DNA of 64,000 bases from Candidatus Alistipes avicola (GTDB lineage: Bacteria; Bacteroidota; Bacteroidia; Bacteroidales; Rikenellaceae), in contig DWYR01000012.1 of NCBI GenBank assembly GCA_019118565.1, forward strand, positions 13,323 to 77,322, read 5' to 3'. Made by a program: the position numbers and the translations under genes. Below are positions 40,929 to 51,864 of the stretch, one piece after another. Every line of letters starts with the position of its first letter. Within the stretch, counting starts at the first letter, position 1. The notes beneath the pieces are model-generated. The model made no database searches, was not told the DNA's origin, and saw only the letters and a list, made by a program, of their open reading frames with translations.

Positions 40929-43526
40929 CTATTTACGACAATTCGACCAGGGATGCAGACGTCGACGAATAGTCCTGACAATATCTCCGAGAATTGCTAT
41001 CAATGATGTATAACCGATCACCTCGATCCACTGTACGAGCGAAAGCGGCGTAGTACGGAATACGGCACCGCCCCACTCTACGATTACGATCTGTCCGACG
41101 GCAATAAACAACAGCACCAGGAAGAAGGTGCGACTTCCCTTCAAATCGTGCAATACGGAGTGGCACGCCTCGAATCCTTTGGCGTTAAACATATTCCAGA
41201 ACTGCAGGAATACGAATACCGAGAAGAAGATGGTCAACTGTTCGATGGTAAGCGCCCCGGTCGTAGCCCGCCAGTAGAAGAGCATTCCGAGCAGGATTGC
41301 GACGAATACGGCACCGCAGGTAAAGATCGTACGAGCCATGGCCGGCGTAATGATAAACTCATCGCGCGGACGCGGAGGCTCGTTCATCACAGCCGGATTG
41401 GGCGGCAGCGAAGCCATGGCCAACGCGGCAAAGGTATCCATAATGATATTAACCCACAGAATCTGTACAACCGTCAGCGGCATTTCGGTTCCGAACAGGG
41501 ACCCAAAGAAGACCACAATGATCGCAGCAAAGTTAATCGTGAGCTGGAAGAGGACGAAACGCTGGATGTTCCGATACAGGGAGCGTCCCCACATAACCGC
41601 CGAAGCGATCGACGTGAACGAATCATCGAGCAGCGTGATATCGCTGGCATCCTTGGCTACCGACGTACCCGTACCCATCGAAAGGCCCACATTGGCAAAG
41701 TTGAGTGCCGGGGCATCGTTGGTTCCGTCTCCCGTAACGGCCACCACTTCGCCTTTCTGCTGCAGCAACCGCACCAGACGCTGTTTGTCGAGCGGGCGTG
41801 CACGCGCCATGATCTTCAAATCACCGACCCGGTCGAGCAGCTCTTCGTCGCTCATGGCCGCGAACTCGACACCGGTTATCTCGTTTCGAGCCGAATCCTT
41901 CTCATCGTTCCACAAGCCGATACGGCGGGCAATCTCCCGAGCCGTAGCCGAGGTATCTCCCGTAACGATCTTAATAGCAATACCGGCGTTCATACACCGG
42001 GCAACAGCGGCCGGGACATCCTCGCGCACGGGGTCGATAATAGCAGCCACAGCCACGAACGCCAACTCCGGATTACGCAGTGCATCCTCGCACTTGTCGG
42101 CCGTCGTCTCGGCGTAGGCGATACCCAACGTACGCATCGCGCTTCCCTGGAACTGAGCCAACTGCTCGTTCACCTGAGCATCCTTCCCGTCCGGGAGACA
42201 CATCTTACGTACAATCTCAGGAGCACCCTTGACACAGATCAACCGTTTCCCGTTCACACCGCTGCTTATGATCGTCGCCATAAACTTGCGCTCGGTCGTA
42301 AAGGTCATCCGATCGACAATGGCAGCCCCTTCACGCAGTGCAGCGTAATCGAATCCCTGCTCCTTGAGGTAAAGCAACAGAGCTCCTTCGGTCGGATTAC
42401 CGATCGGGGCCCCCGCTCCATCGAGAAAAGCCGTCGAGTTGGCCGCAATTACCTCGGCCAGCAAACGGTCGTCCACCTCGCTGTAACGAACGATCTGCTC
42501 GACATGCATCCGGTTCTGCGTAAGCGTCCCCGTTTTATCCGTACAGATCACCGTCACGGCACCCATCGTCTCGCAGGCGTGCATCTTTCGCACCAGGTTG
42601 TTCGTCTTCAGCATTCGGCGCATCGACATGGCCAGCGACAAGGTAATACTCATCGGCAGACCCTCCGGAACAGCCATCACGATCAAAGCGACCGACACCA
42701 TGAAGATACGCAGTACCTCATGCGAGGTAGCGACCCAGTCCGACGTATTCAACTGGCCGCTCATATAAGCCTTGATGAGCAACGCCACGAAAATCGTAAT
42801 CGAAACTGCAATACCGATCTTTCCGATCAGACGCGAAAGACGTGTCAGCTGGCGATTGAGCGGAGTCGGCTCATCGCTCACCATGGTTGACTGTTCGGTT
42901 ACACGTCCAGCCTCGGTATGGTCTCCCACCGCCTCGACAATCATCTTGCCGTAACCGTCGACGACCGTCGTACCGCGCATCAACATATTGGAGGGATAGG
43001 TCGCCTCCTCCTCGAAGAAACGCTCGTCGGTCGTCTTATCCACCTCCGGCTCTCCGGTCAGGGTCGATTCATTGATCTTGAGCGAAACAGCCTCGATCAA
43101 TTTGCCGTCGGCGGGGATCGTCTCTCCGTTCTCCACGAACACCAGGTCGCCGACCACGATATCCCGACGCGGGACCTCCGTTACCACGCCGTCGCGCATT
43201 ACCTTTACCGGAATGTCCTCATTCACCTGATTGAGACGTTTGAAGCGGCGCATGGCATCCAACTCGAAGAAGAATCCCACGCACGTAGCCAGGATAATGG
43301 CACAGATGATTCCGATAGTCTCCATGAATTCCCCATCGAAAAAAGCCATAGCCAAAGAGAGCAAAGCCGCAATCAAGAGCACTTGAATGATCGGGTCGCG
43401 GAACTTGTCGAGCAACAACTTCCAGGCAGAATCCCCTTTACGCGGCGTAATGACATTGTCCCCGTGCAGGCGGCGGCTTTCGGCCACCTGTTCGGAAGTC
43501 AATCCTTTGCGATCGTGTTCGTTCAT
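40929..43526 (-). CDS. P-type cation-transporting ATPase (Ca2+/PMCA-SERCA-like, P2 type)
   Basis: 865-aa ORF with motifs TGE, ICTDKTGTLT, KGAPE and TGDGTNDAPAL, plus about 10 TM segments. Confidence 0.93.
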   Translation of the reverse strand: MNEHDRKGLTSEQVAESRRLHGDNVITPRKGDSAWKLLLDKFRDPIIQVLLIAALLSLAMAFFDGEFMETIGIICAIILATCVGFFFELDAMRRFKRLNQVNEDIPVKVMRDGVVTEVPRRDIVVGDLVFVENGETIPADGKLIEAVSLKINESTLTGEPEVDKTTDERFFEEEATYPSNMLMRGTTVVDGYGKMIVEAVGDHTEAGRVTEQSTMVSDEPTPLNRQLTRLSRLIGKIGIAVSITIFVALLIKAYMSGQLNTSDWVATSHEVLRIFMVSVALIVMAVPEGLPMSITLSLAMSMRRMLKTNNLVRKMHACETMGAVTVICTDKTGTLTQNRMHVEQIVRYSEVDDRLLAEVIAANSTAFLDGAGAPIGNPTEGALLLYLKEQGFDYAALREGAAIVDRMTFTTERKFMATIISSGVNGKRLICVKGAPEIVRKMCLPDGKDAQVNEQLAQFQGSAMRTLGIAYAETTADKCEDALRNPELAFVAVAAIIDPVREDVPAAVARCMNAGIAIKIVTGDTSATAREIARRIGLWNDEKDSARNEITGVEFAAMSDEELLDRVGDLKIMARARPLDKQRLVRLLQQKGEVVAVTGDGTNDAPALNFANVGLSMGTGTSVAKDASDITLLDDSFTSIASAVMWGRSLYRNIQRFVLFQLTINFAAIIVVFFGSLFGTEMPLTVVQILWVNIIMDTFAALAMASLPPNPAVMNEPPRPRDEFIITPAMARTIFTCGAVFVAILLGMLFYWRATTGALTIEQLTIFFSVFVFLQFWNMFNAKGFEACHSVLHDLKGSRTFFLVLLFIAVGQIVIVEWGGAVFRTTPLSLVQWIEVIGYTSLIAILGDIVRTIRRRLHPWSNCRK

Positions 43527-43560
43527 AATGAAGATTGTGTGTTATTTTAATGTGACTAAT

Positions 43561-44997
43561 TTATCGGAAATAGTATTGTCGGGTCGAAGCGTCGAGCCGT
43601 ACGGCAATAAACAGCATGATGGTAAAGGCAATCAACGAGGATCCTCCGTAGCTGACAAAAGGCAGCGGAATACCCATCACGGGCATCAATCCGATCGTCA
43701 TTCCCACATTTACCAACAGATGGAAGAGCAGGAACGCTGCGACGCAATAGCAATAGATCCGGCCGAAAGGTTCCTCCTGCCGCTCTCCCATGCGCATCAA
43801 GCGCAAAATAAGCAGACAGAAGAGCGACAACACGAACATCGTTCCCACGAAACCCCACTCCTCTCCGACCGTACAGAAGATGAAGTCGGTATGTTTTTCG
43901 GGAACAAAACCGTATTTGATCTGGGTTCCCTGCATGAATCCCTTGCCGAACCAACCGCCCGATCCGATGGCAATCTTCGCCTGGTTTACATTGTAGTCCG
44001 TTCCGAGCGGATCGCTGACCAGTCCCAGGAAACTCAGGATACGGTTCTGCTGATGCTCCTTGAGGACCGAATTGAAAATGTAATCGGTCGTCGGAACGAA
44101 CAACATGGCCAACAGAAACAGCCCGATCATGATAAAGATATTGCGCAAATTGCTCCGGAAGGCATACACCGCAACCCCCACTAACGACACGAGTGTTATT
44201 ATCAGCAAACAGCGATAAAGATCCATCGCACCCGGAGTGATCAGGAACATGGCCAAATAGAGTACGAGCGTACCCAACGCGAGTGAAGCCAGGTAGATAA
44301 TGCGGGAGCGCCATACCCGGTTCATCATTGCCTCGGAAAGGGTGCAAACCAGAATCAGCATCACGAGCAGAGTCATCGGCGTAAAGAGGAATGAGAAGAT
44401 GAACAGGACTGCAATCAACAGGATCGGAATACAGAGCCACTTGTTGAGTCCCTCGCGGTAGAGCACGAAGAGCAGCGAGGCCAGCACGATACCGGAGCCC
44501 GTATCGTTCTGTAGAATGATGATCAACAATGGCAGACAGATTACAAGCCCGACCTTGAACAGGTCGCCCGAACGGTTGATCGAGAAGGTGCTGGTACTCA
44601 TCACACGGGCCAGCGCGAGAGCTGTCGCAATCTTGGCGAATTCGACCGGTTGAACCCGGAACGATCCGAACTCGAACCATGCTTTTGCACCATTCACTTC
44701 GCGTCCCACAACCAGCGTGGAGAGCAACAGCAACAGGCCTAATATATAGAGCAGATAGGCCCACTTGTGATATACGCTCGCATCGATCAACAGTACGATG
44801 ATGGCCGCGGCAAAGGCTCCGCCGATCCAGACGAGCTGTTTCATATAGAAGTGCGAAAACGAGAAGGTACTTGCAATACCATCATCGTACGAGGCCGACG
44901 TAATGGAGACGAATCCGACCAATACGATCAACACATAGAGCAAGACCGTCCATCGATCGACCCCTTCGAACAACTTGCCTATACCGTTATTTATCAT
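43561..44997 (-). CDS. rodA: Rod shape-determining protein RodA (SEDS family)
   Basis: 478-aa polytopic ORF of the FtsW/RodA family, located downstream of mrdA. It overlaps mrdA by 11 nt. Confidence 0.9.
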   Translation of the reverse strand: MINNGIGKLFEGVDRWTVLLYVLIVLVGFVSITSASYDDGIASTFSFSHFYMKQLVWIGGAFAAAIIVLLIDASVYHKWAYLLYILGLLLLLSTLVVGREVNGAKAWFEFGSFRVQPVEFAKIATALALARVMSTSTFSINRSGDLFKVGLVICLPLLIIILQNDTGSGIVLASLLFVLYREGLNKWLCIPILLIAVLFIFSFLFTPMTLLVMLILVCTLSEAMMNRVWRSRIIYLASLALGTLVLYLAMFLITPGAMDLYRCLLIITLVSLVGVAVYAFRSNLRNIFIMIGLFLLAMLFVPTTDYIFNSVLKEHQQNRILSFLGLVSDPLGTDYNVNQAKIAIGSGGWFGKGFMQGTQIKYGFVPEKHTDFIFCTVGEEWGFVGTMFVLSLFCLLILRLMRMGERQEEPFGRIYCYCVAAFLLFHLLVNVGMTIGLMPVMGIPLPFVSYGGSSLIAFTIMLFIAVRLDASTRQYYFR

Positions 44998-46819
44998 ACG
45001 CCGGATAATAAATCTGTTTCTGTTTAACCATCTCGACCAACCAGGGGCGCGTGATGGTGTCGGTCAAATAGAGTTCTTCAATCAGACTGGCGATAGGGAG
45101 CGCCGTCGCAGCCCCGAATCCGCCGTTCTCGACATAAACCGAAATGGCGATCTTCGGATTATCCTTCGGGGCGAACGAAAGGAAGGTCGAATGATCCTGT
45201 CCTCGGGGATTCTGAGCCGTACCGGTTTTGCCGCAAACATCCAGTCCGGGCAATTTAGCCAATTGAGACGTTCCGCCCGGTTCATGGACACCTTGCCACA
45301 TACCCTGGACGATCGGTTCAAAATATTTTGAATCCACTTTCGTATAATGCCGTTCGTAGAAACGGCGGTCCAAAGAATCCTGTCCCTCAACCGATCGAAC
45401 AATGTGCGGGATATAATAATATCCCCGGTTGGCGATAATCGCAGCCAAATTCGCCATCTGCAACGGTGTACAACCCAACTCGCCCTGGCCGATCGCGAGC
45501 GACAGTACAGTCAATGCATTCCAGGATTTTCGATAGCTGTTATCGTAGAAACCCCGATCGGGGACATAACCGTTCCCTTCCCCCAGGAAATCCGAATCGA
45601 GTTTACGACCGAATCCGAAACTGAGGACATATTCTCGCCAAACATCGAATCCATCCTTCACGCTCTCGTACTTCGGGTTTTCGAGAATATCGCGAAAGAC
45701 ATAACAAAAATAGGCGTTGCAAGAGGTCGCTACGGCAAAACGAAGATCGAGTGGAGATGCATGCGAATGACATCGAACCCGTAATCGCCCGACTTGATAC
45801 CCTTCGTGACAGGGATAACGCATCGACGGGACCAACACACCCTCCTGCATACCGATCAAGCCCTGGACCAGTTTGAAAGTCGATCCGGGAGGAAACGGCG
45901 AACGGATGGCTCGGTTGTAGAGTGGACGACGTTTGTTGTAAAGCATCTCCATGTAGTGGTTGCCCCGCTCGCGGCCGACCAGTTCGTCCGGATCGTACGT
46001 CGGCGAAGAGACCATCATCAAAATCTCTCCGGTCGAAGGTTCGATAGCCACGGCGGCTCCGACCTTTCCCTTCATCAGCTCCTCGGCAAACAGTTGCAGT
46101 CGGGCATCGATCGTACAGACGATCGATTTCCCGGGAACGGGCAGCGAATCGAATCGTCCCTCCATATAGGAACCCTTGATCGCTCCATGCGTATCCACCT
46201 CGGAGATCTTCACACCCTTTTTCCCTCGGAGAACATCCTCATAGGCAGACTCGACACCACTAATGCCGATATACTCTCCGGCCTGGTACGAAGGGTCGCG
46301 CTTGATCATATCCGCATCCACCTCGCCCACATATCCGAGCAGATTGCCGCCGATCTTGCGGGGATACTGCCGTGCCGTCCGGTAAACCGTATAGAAACCG
46401 CTGAAATTACACTCGTCGAAACGAAGTTTGTCCTCCTTGGACATATAGTTCATCACCATTCTCGGAGCCCGTGGTCTGACTCGCGCATTAGCCAGCTCTC
46501 GGACCAATGCCTCCCGTGAAATACCGGTCACCTGACAAAAAAGGGTCGTATCAAAGCCTCCACGATCCATCTCCCGATAAACGACCATCAAATCGTAGCA
46601 CTCGCGACTCTGTACCAGATACTCGCCGTTTCGATCATAGACCTCTCCCCTGGAGGGATACAACACCTCGTAACGCAACGTATTTCCCTTGGCCAGCTTT
46701 TCATACCGATCGTCGATGAGCTGAATATAGACCAATCGGGCCGCAATCACGACGAAAACGGCCAATACTACGATCTGCAACGTCCGCATCCGGACAAAAC
46801 CATCCGCCCGATCACTCAT
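44987..46819 (-). CDS. mrdA: Penicillin-binding protein 2 (elongasome transpeptidase)
   Basis: 610-aa ORF with an N-terminal TM segment and motifs STFK (GSTFKLV), SCN and KTGT. Confidence 0.93.
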   Translation of the reverse strand: MSDRADGFVRMRTLQIVVLAVFVVIAARLVYIQLIDDRYEKLAKGNTLRYEVLYPSRGEVYDRNGEYLVQSRECYDLMVVYREMDRGGFDTTLFCQVTGISREALVRELANARVRPRAPRMVMNYMSKEDKLRFDECNFSGFYTVYRTARQYPRKIGGNLLGYVGEVDADMIKRDPSYQAGEYIGISGVESAYEDVLRGKKGVKISEVDTHGAIKGSYMEGRFDSLPVPGKSIVCTIDARLQLFAEELMKGKVGAAVAIEPSTGEILMMVSSPTYDPDELVGRERGNHYMEMLYNKRRPLYNRAIRSPFPPGSTFKLVQGLIGMQEGVLVPSMRYPCHEGYQVGRLRVRCHSHASPLDLRFAVATSCNAYFCYVFRDILENPKYESVKDGFDVWREYVLSFGFGRKLDSDFLGEGNGYVPDRGFYDNSYRKSWNALTVLSLAIGQGELGCTPLQMANLAAIIANRGYYYIPHIVRSVEGQDSLDRRFYERHYTKVDSKYFEPIVQGMWQGVHEPGGTSQLAKLPGLDVCGKTGTAQNPRGQDHSTFLSFAPKDNPKIAISVYVENGGFGAATALPIASLIEELYLTDTITRPWLVEMVKQKQIYYPAYDK

Positions 46820-47334
46820 TTTCGCATCGTAAATTTAGAGAGGAAAAACCGGGCCAACAACCAAACGAAAGCTATCGTTACGGCGCTGCTCGCCACCAGT
46901 CGCAAAAACGTATGCAAGATATGCGCCCACGAAAGAGACTCGAAGGCGAAAAACAAAAAATGCTGGATCAAAACCATGGCGATTACATAACGCGGGAAAA
47001 CGTTTCGCCCCAATCGCTCCACCGACGGGACTCCACCCTCGCGCAAAGTCTCCTTCCCGGCAATGGAGGCCAGTATAGGGCGACGTAACATGGCCGCCGG
47101 CAATGTGGCAAGCGTATTCAATCCAGGAACGCCCATCGTCCAGTCCATCGTCACACCCGTCAACAGAGCGCAAAACAGCACTACCACCGGCGGGGTCTCT
47201 ATCGGCAACAGAATGATGAAAGCGATATAAACCAACGGATTCAGATAAACGCTGATCGTGAGGTTGTTCAACAGGAAGACCTGTAACAACGCCACGACCA
47301 CAAATAGAACGATATATGGAAATGTTCTGTACAT
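46816..47334 (-). CDS. mreD: Rod shape-determining protein MreD
   Basis: The ORF was trimmed to MYRTFPYIVLFVVVALLQ.... This start lies just after the mreC stop. It is a small polytopic membrane protein in the mreBCD order. Confidence 0.8.
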   Translation of the reverse strand: MYRTFPYIVLFVVVALLQVFLLNNLTISVYLNPLVYIAFIILLPIETPPVVVLFCALLTGVTMDWTMGVPGLNTLATLPAAMLRRPILASIAGKETLREGGVPSVERLGRNVFPRYVIAMVLIQHFLFFAFESLSWAHILHTFLRLVASSAVTIAFVWLLARFFLSKFTMRK

Positions 47335-47338
47335 CGTA

Positions 47339-48181
47339 TCACCTGTTTTGCCGGGCCGCCTCGTTTTCCAGTCGGCGAATATCGTCCTGATCCGAAATAT
47401 CGACCAAAATAACATCGGTCAATTGCGAAACATCCACCGCCAACCGGATCTCGACATCATAAGCCATCTGCGTGTCGGAAAGCGAATAACTCTCCACATA
47501 TCCGATCAAAACACCCTCCGGAAAATATTGTGAGAATCCCGTAGAGACCACTTCTCTCCCCTCTCCAATGCTCGCATATTTCGAGAGTTCCTTCATGTTG
47601 ACATGATAGCGATCGCCTCCGGTCCAATAAATCGACCCGAAATAATCATCGCCGGCCAATTTTCCACTGGCCCGGAAAGAGGTATTGAGAATCGAAACGG
47701 CAACGGCGTGTCGATCGGAGCAAGCCACCACGTAACCGACCATTACCCCGTCTGAAGAGAGAACCCCCATCCCGGTCGAAACGCCGTCACGTTCGCCACG
47801 ATCCAATACAATCAGATTGTGCTCCTTGTTGATCGAATTCGAGATGACACGCGCCACAGTCATTCGGTACGGTTTCACCCCCGGAGCCCGCAACAACTCT
47901 TTACGAGCCGAATCGGCATCCATTTGTCGATACACGGCCAATTCCTCTTCGAGCTCGGTAATGCGATCAACCAGACGCCTGTTTTCACGACCAAGCCGGA
48001 AATAACCACGCACATCATTCAAAGCACCCTGCACTCCGCCGACTACACGATTGGAGCCGGTCAACAATTTGGCTTGTGTATAGTTCGACGACTGCGCATA
48101 ATATCCGATAGCGACCGCTTCGAAAACGATAAACAGCACCACTACGTAAATTCTACGTAGAAATTCGATCAGCTTATACAC
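47339..48181 (-). CDS. mreC: Rod shape-determining protein MreC
   Basis: 280-aa ORF with an N-terminal TM segment, a coiled coil and a beta-rich C-domain, located downstream of mreB. Confidence 0.88.
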   Translation of the reverse strand: MYKLIEFLRRIYVVVLFIVFEAVAIGYYAQSSNYTQAKLLTGSNRVVGGVQGALNDVRGYFRLGRENRRLVDRITELEEELAVYRQMDADSARKELLRAPGVKPYRMTVARVISNSINKEHNLIVLDRGERDGVSTGMGVLSSDGVMVGYVVACSDRHAVAVSILNTSFRASGKLAGDDYFGSIYWTGGDRYHVNMKELSKYASIGEGREVVSTGFSQYFPEGVLIGYVESYSLSDTQMAYDVEIRLAVDVSQLTDVILVDISDQDDIRRLENEAARQNR

Positions 48182-48209
48182 GGCACACGAACAGCCCGAC
48201 GACGGGGTT

Positions 48210-49229
48210 TTATTTCATCAAGAACGAGAAACGATTGATATTTTTGAGCGCAATACCCGTACCGCGGGCAATCGCCCGCAACGGATCTTCTGCAATATGG
48301 AACGGGATTCCCGTTTTTGCATTCAAACGTTTATCCAAACCTCGAATCAACGCACCGCCTCCGGCCAAATAGATGCCGTTCTTCACAATATCGGCATACA
48401 ATTCGGGAGGCATTGTCTCGAGCACCTTCATCAGAGCCGCGTCCAACTTGACGAGCGATTTCTCCATGGCATAAGCCACCTCACTATAACTGAGCGACAC
48501 AGTCTGAGGCAAGGCTGTCAACATATTGGGACCGGTCAACACGTAATCTTCCGGTTCCTCATCCAATTCCGTCAATGCCGAACCGATCGCACATTTGATT
48601 GCCTCGGCCGTACGCTCGCCGACACGGATGTTGTGCTGCTGGCGAATGTAGCTTTGAATATCGCTAGTAAAGACATCTCCAGCCACATTGATCGACTCCG
48701 AGCAGACGATTCCTCCCAATGAGATGCAGGCGATTTCGGAAGTACCGCCACCTATATCGATCACCATATTCCCCTCCGGAGCCTCCACATCCAGGCCTGC
48801 CCCCAGAGCGGCAGCCATCGGTTCATAAATCATGTAAACCTCGCGTCCTCCGGCGTGCTCGGCCGAGTCGCGTACGGCACGTATCTCCACGTTGGTCGAC
48901 CCGGACGGGATGCAAACCACCATGCGCAGCGACGGAGCGAACAGGTTGCCCGTCGTCTTGACCTTTTTGATCATGCCGCGCAACATCAGCTCCGTAGCAT
49001 TGAAATCGGCGATCACGCCGTCCTTCAAGGGGCGGATCGTCTTGATGTTGGGGTTGGTCTTCTCGTGCATCTGACGCGCCTGCGTCCCGATCGCCACCAG
49101 CTTTCCTGAATGAACATCCAAAGCCACGATCGAAGGTTCGTCAACGACCACCTTGCCGTTATGGATAATCAGCGTATTGGCCGTACCCAAATCGATAGCC
49201 AACTCCTGTGTCAATGAAAAAAGTCCCAT
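48210..49229 (-). CDS. mreB: Rod shape-determining protein MreB
   Basis: 339-aa ORF with an actin-like ATPase sequence (IDLGTANTLI, DIGGGTSE). Confidence 0.97.
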   Translation of the reverse strand: MGLFSLTQELAIDLGTANTLIIHNGKVVVDEPSIVALDVHSGKLVAIGTQARQMHEKTNPNIKTIRPLKDGVIADFNATELMLRGMIKKVKTTGNLFAPSLRMVVCIPSGSTNVEIRAVRDSAEHAGGREVYMIYEPMAAALGAGLDVEAPEGNMVIDIGGGTSEIACISLGGIVCSESINVAGDVFTSDIQSYIRQQHNIRVGERTAEAIKCAIGSALTELDEEPEDYVLTGPNMLTALPQTVSLSYSEVAYAMEKSLVKLDAALMKVLETMPPELYADIVKNGIYLAGGGALIRGLDKRLNAKTGIPFHIAEDPLRAIARGTGIALKNINRFSFLMK

Positions 49230-49386
49230 AATCCTATCTGTTTCTCCGGGATAATATATTTCTCTAACTACTAAAAATCAAATCATTACGCCTAAAAACC
49301 CACTCAAGCTGGATTCACGGCGGCGCATCATGGACAAAGGTAGGAAAAAGAATAGAAAATATATAGGGGCTTTCGCGTTTTTTATT

Positions 49387-49394
49387 TACTTTTG
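49387..49394 (+). promoter_or_regulatory. -7 box TACTTTTG for gpsA
   Basis: TAnnTTTG match about 29 nt upstream of the ATG at 49423. This supports trimming the tracked ORF. Confidence 0.5.
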
Positions 49395-49422
49395 TATAAT
49401 AAAATTTCAATCCGACAACGCT

Positions 49423-50430
49423 ATGGATTACAAAATAAACAGCCGTTCGAAATGCGCCGTCATCGGATACGGTAGTTGGGCGACCGCCTTGGCCAAAGTC
49501 CTCACGGAGAACGAACCATGCATCGGATGGTACGTCCGCAACCCGGAAGTATTGGAAAGTCTAAAAAAACACGGTCGCAATCCGCGCTATTTGAGTAACG
49601 TGAAGTTCGACCGATCCCGCATCGCCCCATCCGACGACCTGAACGAAGTGGTTGCCGAAGCCGATATTATTATCTTAGCAGCCCCTTCGGCCTATCTGAA
49701 AAAAACGCTTGAACCGCTAACCGTATCGCTCAAGGACAAATTCGTCATCTCCGCGATCAAGGGAATCGTTCCGGGCGACTACAACACCGTCATCGAATAC
49801 ATACACGACCACTACGAACTGTCATTCAAGCAATTGGGAATCATTACCGGCCCTTCTCATGCCGAAGAGGTTTCGCTCGAACGACTCTCGTACCTGACCG
49901 TTGTATGCACCGATGCAGAGAATGCACATGTATTAGGAGACAAATTCGCAACCGACTATATCCGACTCTCCTATTCGACCGACCTGTATGGCATCGAATA
50001 TGCCACCATTCTCAAAAATATCTACGCCATTTCCGTAGGAATGGCCATTGGTCTGGGATATGGCGACAACTTCCTGGCCGTACTGATTTCGAACAGCGCC
50101 ATGGAGATGTCACGCTTCGTCAGGGAGAGCTTCCCGGACGAACGGGAAACCCGCGCGTCGGCCTATTTAGGAGACCTATTGGTAACCTGCTACTCCGTTT
50201 ACAGCCGCAACCGCCGGTTGGGGTTGCTTATCGGACACGGCAGCACGGTTCACGATGCACTGGATGAAATGACACAAGTAGCCGAAGGATATTTCGCAGC
50301 GGACTGCATCCGTCATATCAATGCTCGGTACCAGGTAAACATGCCTATCGCCGACATGGTCTATAATGTATTGTATAAGGAAGCTCCCGTACGGGAAGCC
50401 ATGCAGGAACTCACCACGAAATTAATCTGA
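49423..50430 (+). CDS. gpsA: NAD(P)H-dependent glycerol-3-phosphate dehydrogenase
   Basis: The ORF was trimmed to MDYKINSRSKCAVIGYGSWATALAKVL, which includes the Rossmann motif. The rest of the sequence is GpsA-like. Confidence 0.9.
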   Translation: MDYKINSRSKCAVIGYGSWATALAKVLTENEPCIGWYVRNPEVLESLKKHGRNPRYLSNVKFDRSRIAPSDDLNEVVAEADIIILAAPSAYLKKTLEPLTVSLKDKFVISAIKGIVPGDYNTVIEYIHDHYELSFKQLGIITGPSHAEEVSLERLSYLTVVCTDAENAHVLGDKFATDYIRLSYSTDLYGIEYATILKNIYAISVGMAIGLGYGDNFLAVLISNSAMEMSRFVRESFPDERETRASAYLGDLLVTCYSVYSRNRRLGLLIGHGSTVHDALDEMTQVAEGYFAADCIRHINARYQVNMPIADMVYNVLYKEAPVREAMQELTTKLI

Positions 50431-50438
50431 TTTCGACC

Positions 50439-51770
50439 ATGAACACCCTGTCGTTCGACCTGTCACGCATCGGGATCTCGCTCTCCGACCAGATAATAGC
50501 GGAGGCCATCCGTGCAAATGAGTTGATACATAACGGGCAAGGTCCCGGAAACGATATGTTGGGATGGGTAACCCTCCCTTCTTCGACAAGCGAAGAGGAG
50601 TTGTGCCGCATCGAAAAGGAGGCGGCCCGTTTGCGGGCATTGGCCGACGTGATCATCTGCATCGGGATCGGCGGCTCTTATTTGGGAGCACGTGCCGTTT
50701 ACGAAGCCTTGCAGGACCCGTTCCAACTTCTGCACCGACAACAAGATACCCCTATTTTGCTATTCGCCGGACAAAATCTTTCGGAAGATTATCACGCCCG
50801 GTTATTGCAAGCTGTCGAAGAGCGTTCGATCGCCGTAATTGCTATCTCCAAGTCGGGCACGACGACCGAGCCGGCAATCGCATTCCGCCTGTTTCGGGAA
50901 GAACTCGAACGCCGATACGGTCGCAAGGAAGCAGCTCGTCGGATCGTAGCAGTCACGGATCACGCCAAAGGGGCTTTGAAAACCATGGCCGATCGGGAAG
51001 GGTACACAACGTTTGCTATTCCAGACAACGTAGGAGGACGATATTCGGTACTTACCCCGGTGGGATTGCTGCCACTTGCTACTGCAGGCATCGATATTCG
51101 AGCTCTGCTTGACGGAGCCCGACTGATGGAGCTCTCGACCGCAACTGATCGTCCGTTCGCAGAGAATCCGGCTGCCTGCTATGCAGCTGTCCGGAACATG
51201 TTATACCGGCAAGGATTCAATATCGAGATTTTAGCCACATACGAACCCCAGTTGCAATATTTCACAGAATGGTGGAAGCAGCTTTTCGGTGAAAGCGAAG
51301 GGAAACAGGGACGGGGTATTTTCCCGACCAGCACCTTGTTCTCGACCGATCTCCACTCCTTGGGACAATACATTCAAGAAGGGGAAAGAAATCTGTTCGA
51401 GACCGTTATCTCGGTAAAAAACTCACAAACGCGGATCGTAATCAATCCGGACAGGGAAAATCTCGATGGACTCAACTACCTGAGCGGGAAAAGGCTCTCC
51501 GAGATCAACCATACGGCCGAATCGGGCGTATGCATTGCCCACGTAGAAGGAGGTGTTCCCAATCTTCGTGTCAGAATTCCCGAAATATCCGCCCGCACGT
51601 TGGGGGCCCTGATCTATTTCTTCGAAAAAGCATGCGGCATCAGCGGTTACCTGCTCGGAATCAATCCCTTCGATCAACCCGGTGTCGAAGTTTACAAAAA
51701 AAAGATGTTCGCGCTACTGAATAAACCGGGGTACGAAAAAATTTCCGAAGAGCTCCGTTCCGAAATCTGA
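50439..51770 (+). CDS. pgi: Glucose-6-phosphate isomerase
   Basis: 443-aa ORF with motifs IGIGGSYLGARA, SKSGTTTEP and GGRYS. Confidence 0.95.
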   Translation: MNTLSFDLSRIGISLSDQIIAEAIRANELIHNGQGPGNDMLGWVTLPSSTSEEELCRIEKEAARLRALADVIICIGIGGSYLGARAVYEALQDPFQLLHRQQDTPILLFAGQNLSEDYHARLLQAVEERSIAVIAISKSGTTTEPAIAFRLFREELERRYGRKEAARRIVAVTDHAKGALKTMADREGYTTFAIPDNVGGRYSVLTPVGLLPLATAGIDIRALLDGARLMELSTATDRPFAENPAACYAAVRNMLYRQGFNIEILATYEPQLQYFTEWWKQLFGESEGKQGRGIFPTSTLFSTDLHSLGQYIQEGERNLFETVISVKNSQTRIVINPDRENLDGLNYLSGKRLSEINHTAESGVCIAHVEGGVPNLRVRIPEISARTLGALIYFFEKACGISGYLLGINPFDQPGVEVYKKKMFALLNKPGYEKISEELRSEI

Positions 51771-51810
51771 CAGAAGCCGTGTCAAGTCTCAGCCAGCCGG
51801 CCGTATGCAT

Positions 51811-51842
51811 AAAAAAAGAGGACTGCAAAACAGTCCTCTTTT
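51811..51842. terminator. Bidirectional terminator between pgi and the convergent lipoprotein gene
   Basis: A7-AGAGGACTG-CAAAA-CAGTCCTCT-TTT. Confidence 0.75.
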
Positions 51843-51864
51843 CATATCGATTTCGCACCCCCGA

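Noticed and set aside
41148-42890. 580-aa plus-strand ORF, together with similar long ORFs at 27021..28304(-), 29278..30153(-), 33415..34407(-), 38171..39346(-), 43556..44764(-), 15318..16328(-), 10053..11018(-) and 60217..61359(+)
   Set aside because: All are antisense or out of frame relative to strongly supported genes (P-type ATPase, cinA, ftsY, rny, gdhA, rodA, hydG, metX, aminotransferase). All have the Arg/Gly/Asp/His-rich composition of shadow ORFs.
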